Shown here: piece by piece, positions 32,401 through 44,026 of the stretch
Layout of the letters: every line of letters starts with the position of its first letter
How positions within the stretch are numbered: position 1 is the first letter of the stretch
Source: an uncultured Nitrososphaerales archaeon
Lineage (GTDB): Archaea > Thermoproteota > Nitrososphaeria > Nitrososphaerales > Nitrososphaeraceae
Length of the DNA stretch: 64,000 bases
Direction: 5' to 3'
Assembly: GCA_963713605.1 (NCBI GenBank)
Contig: CAVQMO010000004.1
Coordinates: 32,001-96,000, forward strand
The notes under the pieces: generated by a model
Told to the model about the DNA's origin: nothing
The model's input: only the letters and a program-made list of their open reading frames with translations
Database searches by the model: none
Program-made: the position numbers and the translations under genes

Positions 32401-32433
32401 CGACTTATTTCAACTTATTTCGACTTATTTCGA
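32401..32433. repeat. 10-bp tandem repeat, three copies
   Basis: CGACTTATTT CAACTTATTT CGACTTATTT. Confidence 0.8.
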
Positions 32434-33112
32434 TTGCTGCTCAAAAGAAATATATTTTTAGGATTGACAATTAAATCTCATGCTGTTGCCTGGAAGAGTC
32501 ATGCCTCCGAAGAATCACTGATTACCGCAGTTGTATAGTGTGCTACTCTATACGATTAGATGCGCTGGTAATACTAGATTTGAAAGAGCAAATAAGCGGT
32601 ACTATCCTCCGATTATGGAAAAAACTTAATCCGACTAGCAATAAGCCTTTGAAGTTCCCGATATCATATACTATTGATTCCATCCTTCGAATCTTGTATA
32701 GGAATTCCAATATTAAATGTTTATTCCAAAGTAACCGAACTCAGATAACCTCAGTTCCTTTCTGTATTATGGGAACAATGTTGTTCCATCTAATCAGAAT
32801 TAAGAAGTTAATGAGAACATACTCTTATCACTCTGCATTTATTCCGATGTCCAACATTATACGATCCAACTACCAGGTACGGAGTAGAAACAACCTAGGA
32901 ACTAGCTATGCAGAAGCTAAATGCACTACTACCCGATCAAAGTTCCAGTTGACACGGTCATCTTTGAAGAGGATGCTCCAGTTCACCGAGTTCCTACATC
33001 TTAGATCGAGTTGGTAGATTTTTCAAGGCATCAAAATTACTATTGGAAGATTTGCCGCCCTGAGTTTCACAAAAACAGTTAGCGTTAAGAACGATAACAG
33101 ATCAGGAACAAT

Positions 33113-34105
33113 ATGACAGGAGACAATGGCACATTACTTGAATGGTCCCCAGATAAGGACGCCCTTCGTGGACGCGTCGCTGTCGTTGCGGGTGCGACTC
33201 GTGGCGCAGGGAAAGGCATAGCTGCGGCTTTGGGCGAAGCTGGCGCTACAGTAATCTGCACAGGTCGCACTACAAGATCAAATCAGTCCGAGTACAACCG
33301 TCCCGAGACGATTGAAGAGACTGTCGAACTTGTAACACAACTCGGCGGTATAGGAATTGCTGTCGCAGCAGATCACCTTGTACCAGGCAAAGTAAAAAGT
33401 CTGGCTGAGATGATACGGAAGGATCATGGGCATATCGATGTTCTTGTCAACGATATCTGGGGCGCAGAGTTACTTAAGGGGGGTCCCGTTGATTGGAACA
33501 CCCCTATTTGGAAACACAACCTAGATAGCGGTTTGCGTATACTACGGCTGGCCATTGATACCCATTTAATCACTTCTCATTATCTTTTGCCACTTCTCAT
33601 TCAAAAGCCAGGAGGCTTACTTGTCGAGGTGACTGATGGCACAAATGAATACAATGCATCGCATTATCGGATCTCTGTGTTCTATGATCTAGCCAAGGTA
33701 GCCGTGAATCGGCTGGCATTTTCCCAGGGACATGAGTTGGAACCGTATGGAGCAACGGCGATAGCAATCACCCCTGGATGGCTGCGTTCAGAGATGATGC
33801 TTGACAACTTTGGTGTCTCGGAGGAGAACTGGGAGGATGCCATAAAGACAACTGCTGATAAGAGCCGATCTAGTGCGCCACTAGATTTCGCCCTTTCTGA
33901 GTCGCCTAGATACGTCGGCCGAGCCGTTGTCGCGTTGGCAACTGATCCTGATAGGGCCAGATGGAACAAACAATCAATAAGTTCCGCTCAACTTGCCTCT
34001 GAATACAGCTTCACTGACGTCGACGGCTCACGCCCCGACATCTGGCGATTCATCAAGGAGATCCGTGAGCTAGGGCTCGAAGGAAACCCCTATGATTATC
34101 GATAA
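33113..34105 (+). CDS. SDR family oxidoreductase
   Basis: AGATRGAG, LVND, YDLAK, PGWLRSE. Confidence 0.92.
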   Translation: MTGDNGTLLEWSPDKDALRGRVAVVAGATRGAGKGIAAALGEAGATVICTGRTTRSNQSEYNRPETIEETVELVTQLGGIGIAVAADHLVPGKVKSLAEMIRKDHGHIDVLVNDIWGAELLKGGPVDWNTPIWKHNLDSGLRILRLAIDTHLITSHYLLPLLIQKPGGLLVEVTDGTNEYNASHYRISVFYDLAKVAVNRLAFSQGHELEPYGATAIAITPGWLRSEMMLDNFGVSEENWEDAIKTTADKSRSSAPLDFALSESPRYVGRAVVALATDPDRARWNKQSISSAQLASEYSFTDVDGSRPDIWRFIKEIRELGLEGNPYDYR

Positions 34106-34245
34106 CTTGAACGCGAAATTTCTTGCTGCGGTTAGTCATAGGATTATGAATGGCATGATTACCATAGAGGATTTGAATCAAGCCTATTACTGTAGGCCGA
34201 AGCGATGAGATATGTAAGAAGATCTTCGATTCTGGCTAAACCTAA

Positions 34246-34446
34246 GCATACGTAGATCCATTTGATCCACCCATGCCTCCAAAAGTAGAAATGGAATTTG
34301 TTAGAAAAATGGCCGAATCATTTGCGAAGGGACAACCATATGCTAAGAGAATCGGTTTGACTTTGTTTAGGAACCAGGTCCCCGAGAGATTAAGGGATTT
34401 TCATCACCATCAAATAGACCATCATGACCACCAACGGCGAGAGTGA
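34246..34446 (+). pseudogene. Pyruvate-oxidase-like TPP enzyme C-terminal remnant
   Basis: VDPFDPPMPPKVEMEFVRKMAESFAKGQPYAKRIGLTLFR. Confidence 0.6.
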
Positions 34447-34627
34447 ACGGACACCCTTGTCAGCCATGGTAATTGAGCTATGATCAAGGTATGATTCTGT
34501 TGTCGTATTGGTGGGAATAGCCTCGGATATGCAAATGCAAGTTCTCCCTTCTGTATGAAAATCAATTTTCTCCTCAGGTGAAACCGAATAAAATACTTAA
34601 TAAGTATTTTAACCATCTTGAGTTTGT

Positions 34628-35185
34628 GTGCCTATTATTAACTTTCTAAATTTATTTGGTGGAGAAACATTGAATGACTGGAAGATGACTGGAAAGGGAA
34701 GCTTTGCAGTACTTCAAAAAGAGAATGTACTCCAAACACAGGGAGGGATGGGCTTACTATGGTATTACAAAAGGAAATTCAAAGATTTTATTTTGGAACT
34801 AGAATGGAAGACGTCTAGTAAGGGAGATAATTCAGGAGTCTTTGTTAGGTTCCCAAATCCAGGAAATGATCCTTATGTTGCAGTTAGATATGGATATGAA
34901 ATACAAATTGATGATCTTGCACAACCAGATGGTAAGCCTATTCATGGTACGGGGGCAATTTATGAAACTGCTGCTCCGTCTATAATGAACTCAAAACCAA
35001 CTGGACAATGGAATAGTCTTCAAATTACGGCAGAGAAGCAGAAGTATACCGTCATGATAAATAGTATTGTAGTGATATCTAATTTTACTGGAAACAGATC
35101 GCTTGAAGGCTACATAGGATTGCAAAACCATGATAATAGATCTAATGTCTTCTATAGAAATATCAAGGTTGGAGAAATATTGTAA
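34628..35185 (+). CDS. DUF1080 (3-keto-disaccharide hydrolase) family protein
   Basis: DFILELEWK, NSGVFVR, GYEIQI, TGAIY, GQWN, GYIGLQNH. Confidence 0.9.
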   Translation: MPIINFLNLFGGETLNDWKMTGKGSFAVLQKENVLQTQGGMGLLWYYKRKFKDFILELEWKTSSKGDNSGVFVRFPNPGNDPYVAVRYGYEIQIDDLAQPDGKPIHGTGAIYETAAPSIMNSKPTGQWNSLQITAEKQKYTVMINSIVVISNFTGNRSLEGYIGLQNHDNRSNVFYRNIKVGEIL

Positions 35186-35721
35186 ATTATGTTGTATTGT
35201 AATATTGCTTTTATTCTAATCAAATGTAAGATACAACTAATCTTACATTTCTTTCTGAGAAGTTTTTGGGCCATGCATACATATTATCTTATAGATTCAT
35301 ATGAGAACGATTGTAGTAGTCATGGCAACCGCAGCTATGACTCTACTGATGTCAATCGTTATAATACATGCAGTCAGTACAACCTTTGCCTTAACTGACA
35401 ACAATACAGATGCAGTGACAAGAGGAGGAGGAAATGACAGGCAGCAGTATAGTTGAACTTGGATCCTCTGGTAATGATAAAAGTGCAAAATCTGGAATCA
35501 ACACCACTGTATGTGGCCCAGATGCAGCACACGCTTGCCAAACGTCTTCTGGTGGACAATAGCACCATATAATGTGAAGAAAGAACAAACCTGTTCTGCG
35601 GATCCATAAGTCTATTTACTGCTCTCTTGAAATGTTCGGTTGATTCCCAAACTGCATAGACAACGAAGGTACCGCTTTTACTAATACCCTCTGGACTGAC
35701 ATTTACAGTATGAACTAGAAC

Positions 35722-36050
35722 CTTTTGGCATTAGAATAATACTTATAGAACCTGGAGCAGTTGGATCAAACTTCTGGAAGAGTATTAAAATTGCTAACAA
35801 GGCGACCAGTCCTAATTCTCCCTATATTCAACTAGCAGCCAATATGTCGAAGACATTTAAGAGGATAGGAGAAAATGCAATGCATCCTTCTGAGGTTGCT
35901 AAGTCTATCCTTGATGCCATAACGTCAGATGATCCTCAACTAAGATATGTGGTGGGAAATGATGCAATTAGAAGAATAGAAGCAAGGAAAAATATGTCTG
36001 ATAGAGAATTTGGAAATTTGATTAAGGACCAATTCAAAATTAGACCTTAA
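35722..36050 (+). pseudogene. SDR oxidoreductase C-terminal fragment
   Basis: PFGIRIILIEPGAVGSNF...PSEVAKSIL...LRYVVGNDA. Confidence 0.65.
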
Positions 36051-36126
36051 TCCTATTTTTCCATCAGTACCATATAGCAGCTGAGGTGTAATTCAGGGAC
36101 TAAAGTTCACATACAAGATGGATTTG

Positions 36127-36720
36127 TCACCTCTTCAGTACACCCAACATCATATTTCTTATGGCTAACCAAAATTTCTTATCCTTTAAATTTTCAGAGG
36201 GATTTATCAACATATGAAATGCAATCCCATCCGACAGTGCAAGAAGAGCCTTTGCCATCTCATCTGACTTTTTTGCATCAAACTTTACCATGCTATTTTT
36301 CAATGCATCTTCCAATATCTTTCTAATAGCATCAACCACCTTAGATATACAGCTCTGAAGTTCTTTTCTTATCTTTTCGCTACGCCTACTAGCACACCAC
36401 ATTTCAAATAAAAATGCGTAAAAGTCTGGATTCTTTTCAAGGTTCTTTATATATACACTTAATATACTGTCTATCATTTCCTCTTGAGATTTTCCTTTTA
36501 TTCCTGCCAACGCAGATTGCACTAGCTTGCTTGAAGCATTTGCTAATACCTTACTCACCAAATCTTCCTTATCAGTAAAGTAATAGTGTAATATCCCTCT
36601 ACTAACATTTGCAGCTTTTGATATATCTGCTATGGTGGAATTTTCATAACCTTTGGTAGCAAGTACCATAAGTGCTGCTTGCAAAATATGATTTATTTTT
36701 CCTTCTCTGCTATTAGACAT
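36127..36720 (-). CDS. TetR/AcrR family regulator
   Basis: GYENSTIADISKAANVSRGILHYYFTDKEDL. Confidence 0.93.
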   Translation of the reverse strand: MSNSREGKINHILQAALMVLATKGYENSTIADISKAANVSRGILHYYFTDKEDLVSKVLANASSKLVQSALAGIKGKSQEEMIDSILSVYIKNLEKNPDFYAFLFEMWCASRRSEKIRKELQSCISKVVDAIRKILEDALKNSMVKFDAKKSDEMAKALLALSDGIAFHMLINPSENLKDKKFWLAIRNMMLGVLKR

Positions 36721-36763
36721 GTTGTTTTCGCATATATTGAGAACCTATGATATATAAAATGTG

Positions 36764-36825
36764 TTGGACAGCCAGCCAAACAATTATATACTCTGCTATT
36801 CAAGCTAAGTTGGATGACCAACCAA
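36764..36825. promoter_or_regulatory. Two putative TetR operators TTGGA-n3-CCARCCAA
   Basis: TTGGACAGCCAGCCAA (36764-79) and TTGGATGACCAACCAA (36810-25) flank TATA-like elements. Confidence 0.6.
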
Positions 36826-36844
36826 TATCAATTTGAGTTGAGTG

Positions 36845-36921
36845 GTGTAGAAATTAATAAAGGGAAAGTAGTTGTATTAGGAGGAGGATTAGCTGGGCTA
36901 ACAGCCGCTACACTTTTTACT
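36845..36921 (+). pseudogene. FAD-dependent oxidoreductase N-terminal remnant
   Basis: INKGKVVVLGGGLAGLTAATLL (GxGxxG), truncated at the end of the TMEM175 gene. Confidence 0.65.
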
Positions 36922-36923
36922 AC

Positions 36924-37556
36924 TCAGTCAGTCAGGTAAAGATCTTTTTTTGTTCTGTATACGAATCTCATTACCAATGAGGCTGGAATAATGAGGGCCG
37001 GAATTCCCAAGGCAAGTTCAAGAGAATAGATTGAGGTTCCTAATGAAATGATAAAGACCGCCGGTGTTATAATAGTACGAAAATATGTTAACCTTATGAT
37101 ATCATTATCAATAGCCTTATTAGGAGAAAATAGCTTACCTTTTAGCACGTGAGTCCATATACCAAATAGCATAAACCCAGCGAAAATTTGAACAACGCAG
37201 TAAAACCCGTAGGCATAGATATTGGTATCATATGCGTTTGTTAGTTTAAATGTAAAAGGTATCATAGTGATGAACATGAGGAGGAACATGTTTAGCCAAA
37301 TGGTCAAATCTGTGGTTTTTGCTATCATACTAAATACTGACTGATATGTAATCCAGTACAATGCGATAATCACGAAACTGCTAATAAACAAGCTAATATT
37401 CAGTACCAAGTCATTAAGTTCATCTTCATTGAAGAAGCCGTCTTGTCCAACATGTGGAATTGCAAAATCTATGGCGAGTAACGTAATCGCTACTCCAAAT
37501 ACTGCATCAGTAAAGAATCTTACGTGAGACTTATTTATTCCGTATATATTTACCAA
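36924..37556 (-). CDS. TMEM175 family potassium channel
   Basis: FTDAVFGVAITLL motif; six TM helices. Confidence 0.88.
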   Translation of the reverse strand: MVNIYGINKSHVRFFTDAVFGVAITLLAIDFAIPHVGQDGFFNEDELNDLVLNISLFISSFVIIALYWITYQSVFSMIAKTTDLTIWLNMFLLMFITMIPFTFKLTNAYDTNIYAYGFYCVVQIFAGFMLFGIWTHVLKGKLFSPNKAIDNDIIRLTYFRTIITPAVFIISLGTSIYSLELALGIPALIIPASLVMRFVYRTKKDLYLTD

Positions 37557-38069
37557 TTATAGTGTCACCCCTCCAAACTTGCAAGATCTGCTGTATTTAT
37601 AGGATAGCTAATCTCTGAACTATGTGGAGTCGCAAAAGTTGAACTATTGCTAACCATATTGAGTTAGCGGTTAGTTTTTTCTCTTCGTTCGTCGAAATGT
37701 CGCGACTGTATAACTCTGCATATATTCCAGCTGCAATAATTTGAAAGTATTCTGATGTATTATTGTTATATCTAGACATTTGCTATCCCGTGGGTACGTA
37801 TATCGACGTAACTATCATCAATAAGAGAACTGCGAATACAGACACTAGTTGGCACTTCATGCTTTGAATAATGATTCAGTGTGATCTTCGCTTATGTGAA
37901 TTCATAGTCATATCGCTACCAGTTTAATCACATATCTTTTCTAGATCATATTATGTGATGATACGTCGATAAGATTTATGGTAGTTTCATTTAATACTAA
38001 GTCGTTCAATGTAAAAGAGCTAAAAAGAGTGAGTAACGCTATATAAAAAAATTGGATATTAGCTTTTAG

Positions 38070-38742
38070 TTATCCAACCAGACCGATAGTTCCATTAGTT
38101 GCAAGCTTCAGTATTGGGCCAAATGTTTGTCCGTTATCATTACTAATTCTAGCTACTGGTTCGTTACTAGTATTATTACGTTCCCACCAGCTCACCACTA
38201 CATTATTACCATCAGCGGCTATCTCCGCATTAATAGAATCAGCAGCCGTTGTATTGCTTAGATTGATCTTATCTGTAAATGTAATACCGCCATCAGCGGA
38301 TGATCTAAATAATACTTCAGAAGTGTTGTTCGGGGTGTTTTGGTCATTAAACCAGACAATGTAAACATTGTCACCAGAGATTGCAATTGGCGCCTTCTTA
38401 TCAATTTCAATTTGTTCATCTAATTCTTCTTCATCATTAGCATTATCATCTTCTTGTAGTACGTCTCTAAATTGCTCATCTTTTTGTTCTATAGGCAGCA
38501 TTAATTCCATCTTCTTGTTGTTCAGAGTTAAATTGCGATTGTCTTTCCGGCCGTGCAGCAGTGCCTTCTGATGCTTCCGATGGTTGTTGAGATTGTCTTT
38601 CCGGCTGTACGGTCGTCTTTTCTGGCGGAACCTGTTTAGATTGTTTTGTTGCGTATAAATCTGGTATCCCCATAATTGTTGTAGTTCCGATCATCCCTAA
38701 TGCTGCAACTGCAATAATGATAAAAACTAATAGCTTGATCAT
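38070..38742 (-). pseudogene. Secreted BNR/sialidase-like repeat protein, frameshifted
   Basis: Signal ORF 38476-38742 plus ORF 38070-38510 with Asp-boxes SADGGITF and SNDNGQTF. Confidence 0.7.
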
Positions 38743-39089
38743 GATGGGTTCGAATGATTCGCTGTATTTAAATATGCATCGCCTGGCAGTCGCAATATTC
38801 TACTCTTATTACTATTCGAAGTGAAAGAGCATCTTTTTTCGCTGTCAACTGTATCTCTAATAGTTCCAAGTCAGATGATGTATCACTGCTAGATGATATG
38901 ATCGCCCCTACCTAATCATAGCTACGACTGTGAATATAATAATGTGTTTGTTCATGCTATGGTTATAACTATCAGACTAACAGAGTCTTTTATGTCTATT
39001 CATCAAATATGGAGGATATGTCAATCATAGTAAAAAAAGATAATAAAGAATATCTTCTTCTATGTTGGTCTAATAATATAAACAAAAAT

Positions 39090-39326
39090 CTATGTCGTAT
39101 CTGTCAAACCTGTTGCTACCTCTGCGGTAGCAAATCTACTACCCACTGAATTAATCTTAATCTTTATGTTTGTGTCTCCTGCTTTAGCATTTTTTACAAA
39201 AATTACTAAACCTTCTATTCTTGCGATACCGTCTCCACCTCTACCTGTGTCAGTAACATCTACTGTATATTCTTTACCTGTTTCTACAGGTCTTGAGAAA
39301 CTGCTCGTATTCTGTCCATAACTCAT
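39090..39326 (-). CDS. Stand-alone TRAM domain protein (RNA-binding)
   Basis: PVETGKEYTV...GDGIARIEGLVIFVKNAKAGD...FATAEV. Confidence 0.92.
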   Translation of the reverse strand: MSYGQNTSSFSRPVETGKEYTVDVTDTGRGGDGIARIEGLVIFVKNAKAGDTNIKIKINSVGSRFATAEVATGLTDTT

Positions 39327-39848
39327 TAAAAATCACATTAAATAGACATTACAGTAATATGAACTAATGTATTTACGTTAAAACCATCTCAATTCTAATA
39401 CTTTGTCTGAACAGACATACGGATATGTTAGAGTCAATGTTCTAACTATAATGACTATTAGATGAATTGTTCAGATGAAGCATGCATCTTACATCAGCAG
39501 AATTCAACCCGATAAAAGATTATGCTATGTTTGACAGCACACGCGCGACTATGATGTCTTGACAGACGGCCAGTGATTTAAGATTAACTTAGTCTCAGGT
39601 ATCGCTATTCACATTATAGCCTAATGGGAATGGGAACGATTGCGCCATCTAACTATCTGAGCGCTATTCTCGACGTAAACCTGCCTGCTTTTGGAGATAT
39701 TCCAGTAATTCTTTATCATCGTCTTTATGTTCTATTCGCAAATAACGTTTCATTCCATTTAGTAAATCATTACTCTCAGAATAAATTGAATCATCATTTT
39801 TAGAATCATTTATCATAGTAATAATTTACATCTATGATATAAAAGACT

Positions 39849-40067
39849 TTGAATGTTTACTTCAGCTCAGTTCCATCGAGGCATTGGTGTGGCAGTACTA
39901 CATTTGTTAACTATGTTGTATGGGAGTCTGCAGCACATTTTAAGCATCCATTTGATAGACCAGAATTTAGATCAAACATGGCTAAAGTTTTGCCCAATAC
40001 TGTGATGTCTCCACATCTTTTCAAGAAAATAGCTGTCCCTGGTATCTGTGTAGACCGAGTTGAGTAG
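39849..40067 (+). pseudogene. Antibiotic biosynthesis monooxygenase C-terminal fragment
   Basis: STTFVNYVVWESAAHFK...SPHLFKKIAVPGICV. Confidence 0.6.
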
Positions 40068-40180
40068 ACCGAGTCTTTATCAATTCAGACCATGAACTAA
40101 AATGAGACGATTTGGATTAGTTCGAATCAAATAATATGGTTTTATAGTTTGATAACTCTAGCATAGAGACAATAATAACT

Positions 40181-40729
40181 ATGCACGGTGAATGGTGGCT
40201 AGAAAATCCCACGCTATCGATAATCCTGTTTTGTATCGCATTCTATCTGCTCTATAGAGCTTTACGTACAAAAAAACAATATAGGCATCATCAACACAGC
40301 GACCATAACGACATACAACGAGTAATTCTTGGACGCAAATTCATAGATACCAGCACCGGTTGGCTGCTGTTCACAGGCTTCCTCGTATTATCTGCATTTT
40401 CCGCGCATTTCCTAGCTGAATATACATTTCATCTCTACGATATAACATCAATTGACAAATTTACTCATGGATTGTCTGGAATGGCTATCACTGCATTGAT
40501 TTTGAATTTTTATTTGACGAGAAAGAGAAAGCTGTACTATTTTGTTTCGATAGGTGTGTCATGGATAGCATTTGTTTTATGGGAAGTCTATGAACTCGCG
40601 GCAGTGGCGACCGGTTTTGGGGGCGGATATATTCAAACTGAACCGATGGATCTTGCAATTGATTTGTGGGTAGATTCGCTTGGTGCATTAGCAGTTTGTT
40701 TTCTATATGATGAGTTTAGTCATAACTGA
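40181..40729 (+). CDS. Integral membrane protein
   Basis: About five TMs; DKFTH, WEVYE, DLxxDxLG motifs. Confidence 0.7.
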   Translation: MHGEWWLENPTLSIILFCIAFYLLYRALRTKKQYRHHQHSDHNDIQRVILGRKFIDTSTGWLLFTGFLVLSAFSAHFLAEYTFHLYDITSIDKFTHGLSGMAITALILNFYLTRKRKLYYFVSIGVSWIAFVLWEVYELAAVATGFGGGYIQTEPMDLAIDLWVDSLGALAVCFLYDEFSHN

Positions 40730-40904
40730 TAGGAACTCATTTTGATGTTATATATCAGCATACGCTGTGTTCATAAATGTTCGTATAAACAAAGTAGAAG
40801 AGTGTTGAATTATGGTACTTTACTTACTTGTTCCACTTATTTCCAAACCCAGATCACCGATTATTTCTTTTATCGTCTTCTCCACTTGTAAAGCTACTGA
40901 GTTG

Positions 40905-41105
40905 CTCTGAACGTACTCTTTGGTGGTTCTGACGGCATTACGATAAGCCACACCACTTGGATTGGAGAAGTACTTTATGGACACAGCGTCAAAATATGGG
41001 TCCCCCTAGCAGAGGTTTGCACTCAATGGCATATGACAGCGATAGAAAACTCGTGGTTCTTTTCGGAGGGGTTGATGAGTCGAGAGATTTTAATGATACA
41101 TGGAA
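40905..41105 (+). pseudogene. Kelch-repeat remnant
   Basis: VLFGGSDG...TW, WTQRQNMGP, HSMAYDSDRKLVVLFGG across frameshifts. Confidence 0.6.
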
Positions 41106-41192
41106 CTTACAATAAAAAATTCCACCTGAAATCTTTAGTTAATGAAGTAGAGAGAACTATTGAGTTATATATCATAATACAAAATAAAATTA

Positions 41193-41603
41193 ATGTCAGA
41201 TTTCCAGAATCAAGAGGAAAATGAGGTTTTAGCACACCGGTTTCATATGGATATGTTTCAAAAGAGAGAATTGTCCACTGCCGACGAGATTCTGGCGACT
41301 GATTTTGTTTGGAGAAATCCACTAATTCCGTCAGAACTGACACATGGCCCAGAAAGTGCAAAGAAAATTGCTTCTGCTGTAATTGATACCATGCCAGATC
41401 TTAGAATTACACACGATGAAACAATTTCTAAAAATGATAAAGTTATGATTCGTTGGACAATAACTGGTACAGCAAAAAAAGAGCTTTTCGGAATACCCGC
41501 AAGCGACAAACCAATAACTTTTGTGGGCATTGATCTCTTTCGAATTTATAATGGCAAAATTGTTGAAATGTGGCAGCAATTTAGTGTTGGTAGCTGGTCT
41601 TAG
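41193..41603 (+). CDS. SnoaL-like ester cyclase
   Basis: MPDLRIT, DKVMIRWTITGT, GIDLFRIYNGKIVEMW. Confidence 0.88.
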   Translation: MSDFQNQEENEVLAHRFHMDMFQKRELSTADEILATDFVWRNPLIPSELTHGPESAKKIASAVIDTMPDLRITHDETISKNDKVMIRWTITGTAKKELFGIPASDKPITFVGIDLFRIYNGKIVEMWQQFSVGSWS

Positions 41604-41763
41604 TAAGAATATGAGTACCGACCGGGGTAACTAGTCTTCGTTCCGTTAGGAACGCCAGTAGGGGAGTAATGTTAACATTAGCACTGATCAACCCAATATG
41701 ATTTATCATTATAACAAAAGAAGTTAAAGTAAAAATAAATTTATACCCCTCTTATTTTAGGGA

Positions 41764-42882
41764 ATGACATTGATCAATAATTCAAATGGCAACAATAGTT
41801 CTATCGATCAGAAAAATCTTCAACAATTTGCTGAAAAAGTTGTAGCCGATTTAGGAGGTGCTATCAGCGCTGTTCTAGTATACATAGGGGATAAACTGGG
41901 TTTGTATAGGGCGATGGCAGATGCTGGAAAACCGATAACATCTCAGGAATTAGCAACCATAACGAAAACTTCTGAACGTGTCATAAGAGAATGGTTAGCT
42001 AGTCAAGCAGCAGGTGGTTATGTTCTATACGACGCACAGACGCAGAGATATTCTTTACCCCCTGAAAATGCATTAGTATTGGTAGATGAGAACAGTCCTG
42101 TATATTTAATCGGTGCTTTTCAGAATATAACGTCTTTCTTTAAAGACTCTTCCAAGATCATGGAAGCATTTAAGACGGGCAGGGGCCTCTCATGGGGTGA
42201 ACATGATCCAGATCTATTTTCGGGTACAGAAAAATTCTACAAGCCAGGTTATGTGTCTAACCTAGTTGCGTCTTGGATACCATCACTTGATAACGGAAAA
42301 GTACAAAAGAAACTGGAGGAGGGCGGAGCAGTCGTAGCAGACGTAGGCTGTGGACATGGTATTTCAACTATTCTTATGGCCAAAGCGTATCCTAAATCCA
42401 AGTTCATTGGATTTGATAACCATCGGGCTTCTATAGAAAGAGCAAGAGAGTTAGCAAAAGAGGAGGGTCTGAGTGAAGAACAAGTTAGGTTTGAGGCTTA
42501 TTCTGTGACTGATTATCCATTATATCCTCAGACTAATGAACAGTATGATCTCATAGCATTTTTTGATTGTCTTCACGATTTGGGAGATCCTGCAGGTGCT
42601 GCTACTCACGCGCTAAAAAGTCTCAAATCAGATGGAACGGTAATGATCGTGGAACCATTCGCAAATGACAAAATAGAGGATAATCTAAACCCAATAGGTA
42701 GACTGCTTTACGGTGCTTCAACAATGGTTTGTGTTCTAAGTTCAATGGCGTCCAACGGACCTGCTTTGGGAGCCCAAGCTGGAGAATCAAGAATAGGTAA
42801 AGTTGTTAGGGCCGGCGGCTTCAAAAAGTTCAGACGTACGACACAAACACCATACAACATTGTGTACGAGGCGAATTTATAA
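41764..42882 (+). CDS. SAM-dependent methyltransferase with N-terminal wHTH (Rv2258c-like)
   Basis: IGDKLGLY, REWLASQAAGGY, VADVGCGHG, FDCLHD. Confidence 0.92.
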   Translation: MTLINNSNGNNSSIDQKNLQQFAEKVVADLGGAISAVLVYIGDKLGLYRAMADAGKPITSQELATITKTSERVIREWLASQAAGGYVLYDAQTQRYSLPPENALVLVDENSPVYLIGAFQNITSFFKDSSKIMEAFKTGRGLSWGEHDPDLFSGTEKFYKPGYVSNLVASWIPSLDNGKVQKKLEEGGAVVADVGCGHGISTILMAKAYPKSKFIGFDNHRASIERARELAKEEGLSEEQVRFEAYSVTDYPLYPQTNEQYDLIAFFDCLHDLGDPAGAATHALKSLKSDGTVMIVEPFANDKIEDNLNPIGRLLYGASTMVCVLSSMASNGPALGAQAGESRIGKVVRAGGFKKFRRTTQTPYNIVYEANL

Positions 42883-43060
42883 TTCAGACTAGAGCCATTT
42901 ATATTAAGACGACTAAGTTTGGGGAGAAAGAAATGGCAAACTTAAAGAAAGATCTTGGCATGAAGCGGATTTTGAATGGAAATAGTATTCATCATTTTGT
43001 TACAAGCCCTAAAGTACAAAAATACAGCCAGACACTGCAAGATCTTGCTGTCAAAAAAAC

Positions 43061-43106
43061 TTAACTATAATAAGTAAATACAAGCTGAATTAACTATAAT
43101 AAGTAA
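43061..43106. repeat. 17-bp direct repeat, two copies
   Basis: TTAACTATAATAAGTAA at 43061 and 43090. Confidence 0.75.
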
Positions 43107-43233
43107 CTTTTTCTATCGTATATCATTAATCTATGGATTTCTGGTAGAAAATCAGTCAACCATTATTTACTTTGTTGTTTGAAAACTAAGCCGGTATTCG
43201 TAAATGACAAATTATCTAGTGGTGTTGGACTAA

Positions 43234-43458
43234 ATGCGTAGTATTGAGAGGAGCCAAACATTATTTTACGTACTCAGAAGTATTTCTGAGGGAAAAAATG
43301 AAGACCAGATTGCGAAAAGATTTGATGGAGATAAAGTATTAGTAAAAACTTGGGTGGACGCTTTGAAGCGAACACGTCTAATAACTAAGAATTCTTTTAA
43401 TGAGCTCGTCGTAACACCTGATGGCAAAGATTATCTTGAAAAGTTTGATTCACTATAG
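43234..43458 (+). CDS. Small winged-helix protein
   Basis: C-terminal VVTPDGKDYL wing motif. Confidence 0.6.
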   Translation: MRSIERSQTLFYVLRSISEGKNEDQIAKRFDGDKVLVKTWVDALKRTRLITKNSFNELVVTPDGKDYLEKFDSL

Positions 43459-43816
43459 CCACGATCAGAGGGTTTCAGGAATGTTATAAAATTGGTAAGA
43501 CTTAACATAGTGTATGATTTATTGCAGACAACTAAGCTCTCAGCTAATGCCATAGAAAATGATGAGATTTCTCAACCTATCGATATAATATATTTTTTGA
43601 TCTGTAATTCGTGTTAAAGTTGTATTTTATGCTTCTAGCGACAATCAGGCTATTTGGATGAAACATATTTAGTATAGTCAGAATATTTGGTCAGAAGTTT
43701 ACGTTGTCTTAAATGGTATTACTTTACATCTTGTCATATCTTATCTTCACACCTACACTGACCACTGGACGGTCTGAACCATTGGAATTAAAGCAAGTAT
43801 GATTAACACCAATCTA

Positions 43817-44026
43817 TTAGATTGCATCTTTCACCACTTTGACACATGTATGCACAGTCTGGCCGACTTGTTTGATACATTCATCCACGAAGTCATTATA
43901 GTATGTATTACTATAATCATTAAGTAAATAGAGCTTACATTCTCTGAATGTCTCTGCGTCAAACACCACTATCTTTCCATCCGATATACCAGATTGTATC
44001 TGCCGACTCATGGACGCATATGTCAA
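43817..44026 (-). CDS. Hypothetical protein
   Basis: 69-aa ORF only. Confidence 0.35.
   Translation of the reverse strand: MTYASMSRQIQSGISDGKIVVFDAETFRECKLYLLNDYSNTYYNDFVDECIKQVGQTVHTCVKVVKDAI

Noticed and set aside
32538..33017. 159-aa ORF
   Set aside because: No motif or protein-like composition recognised.
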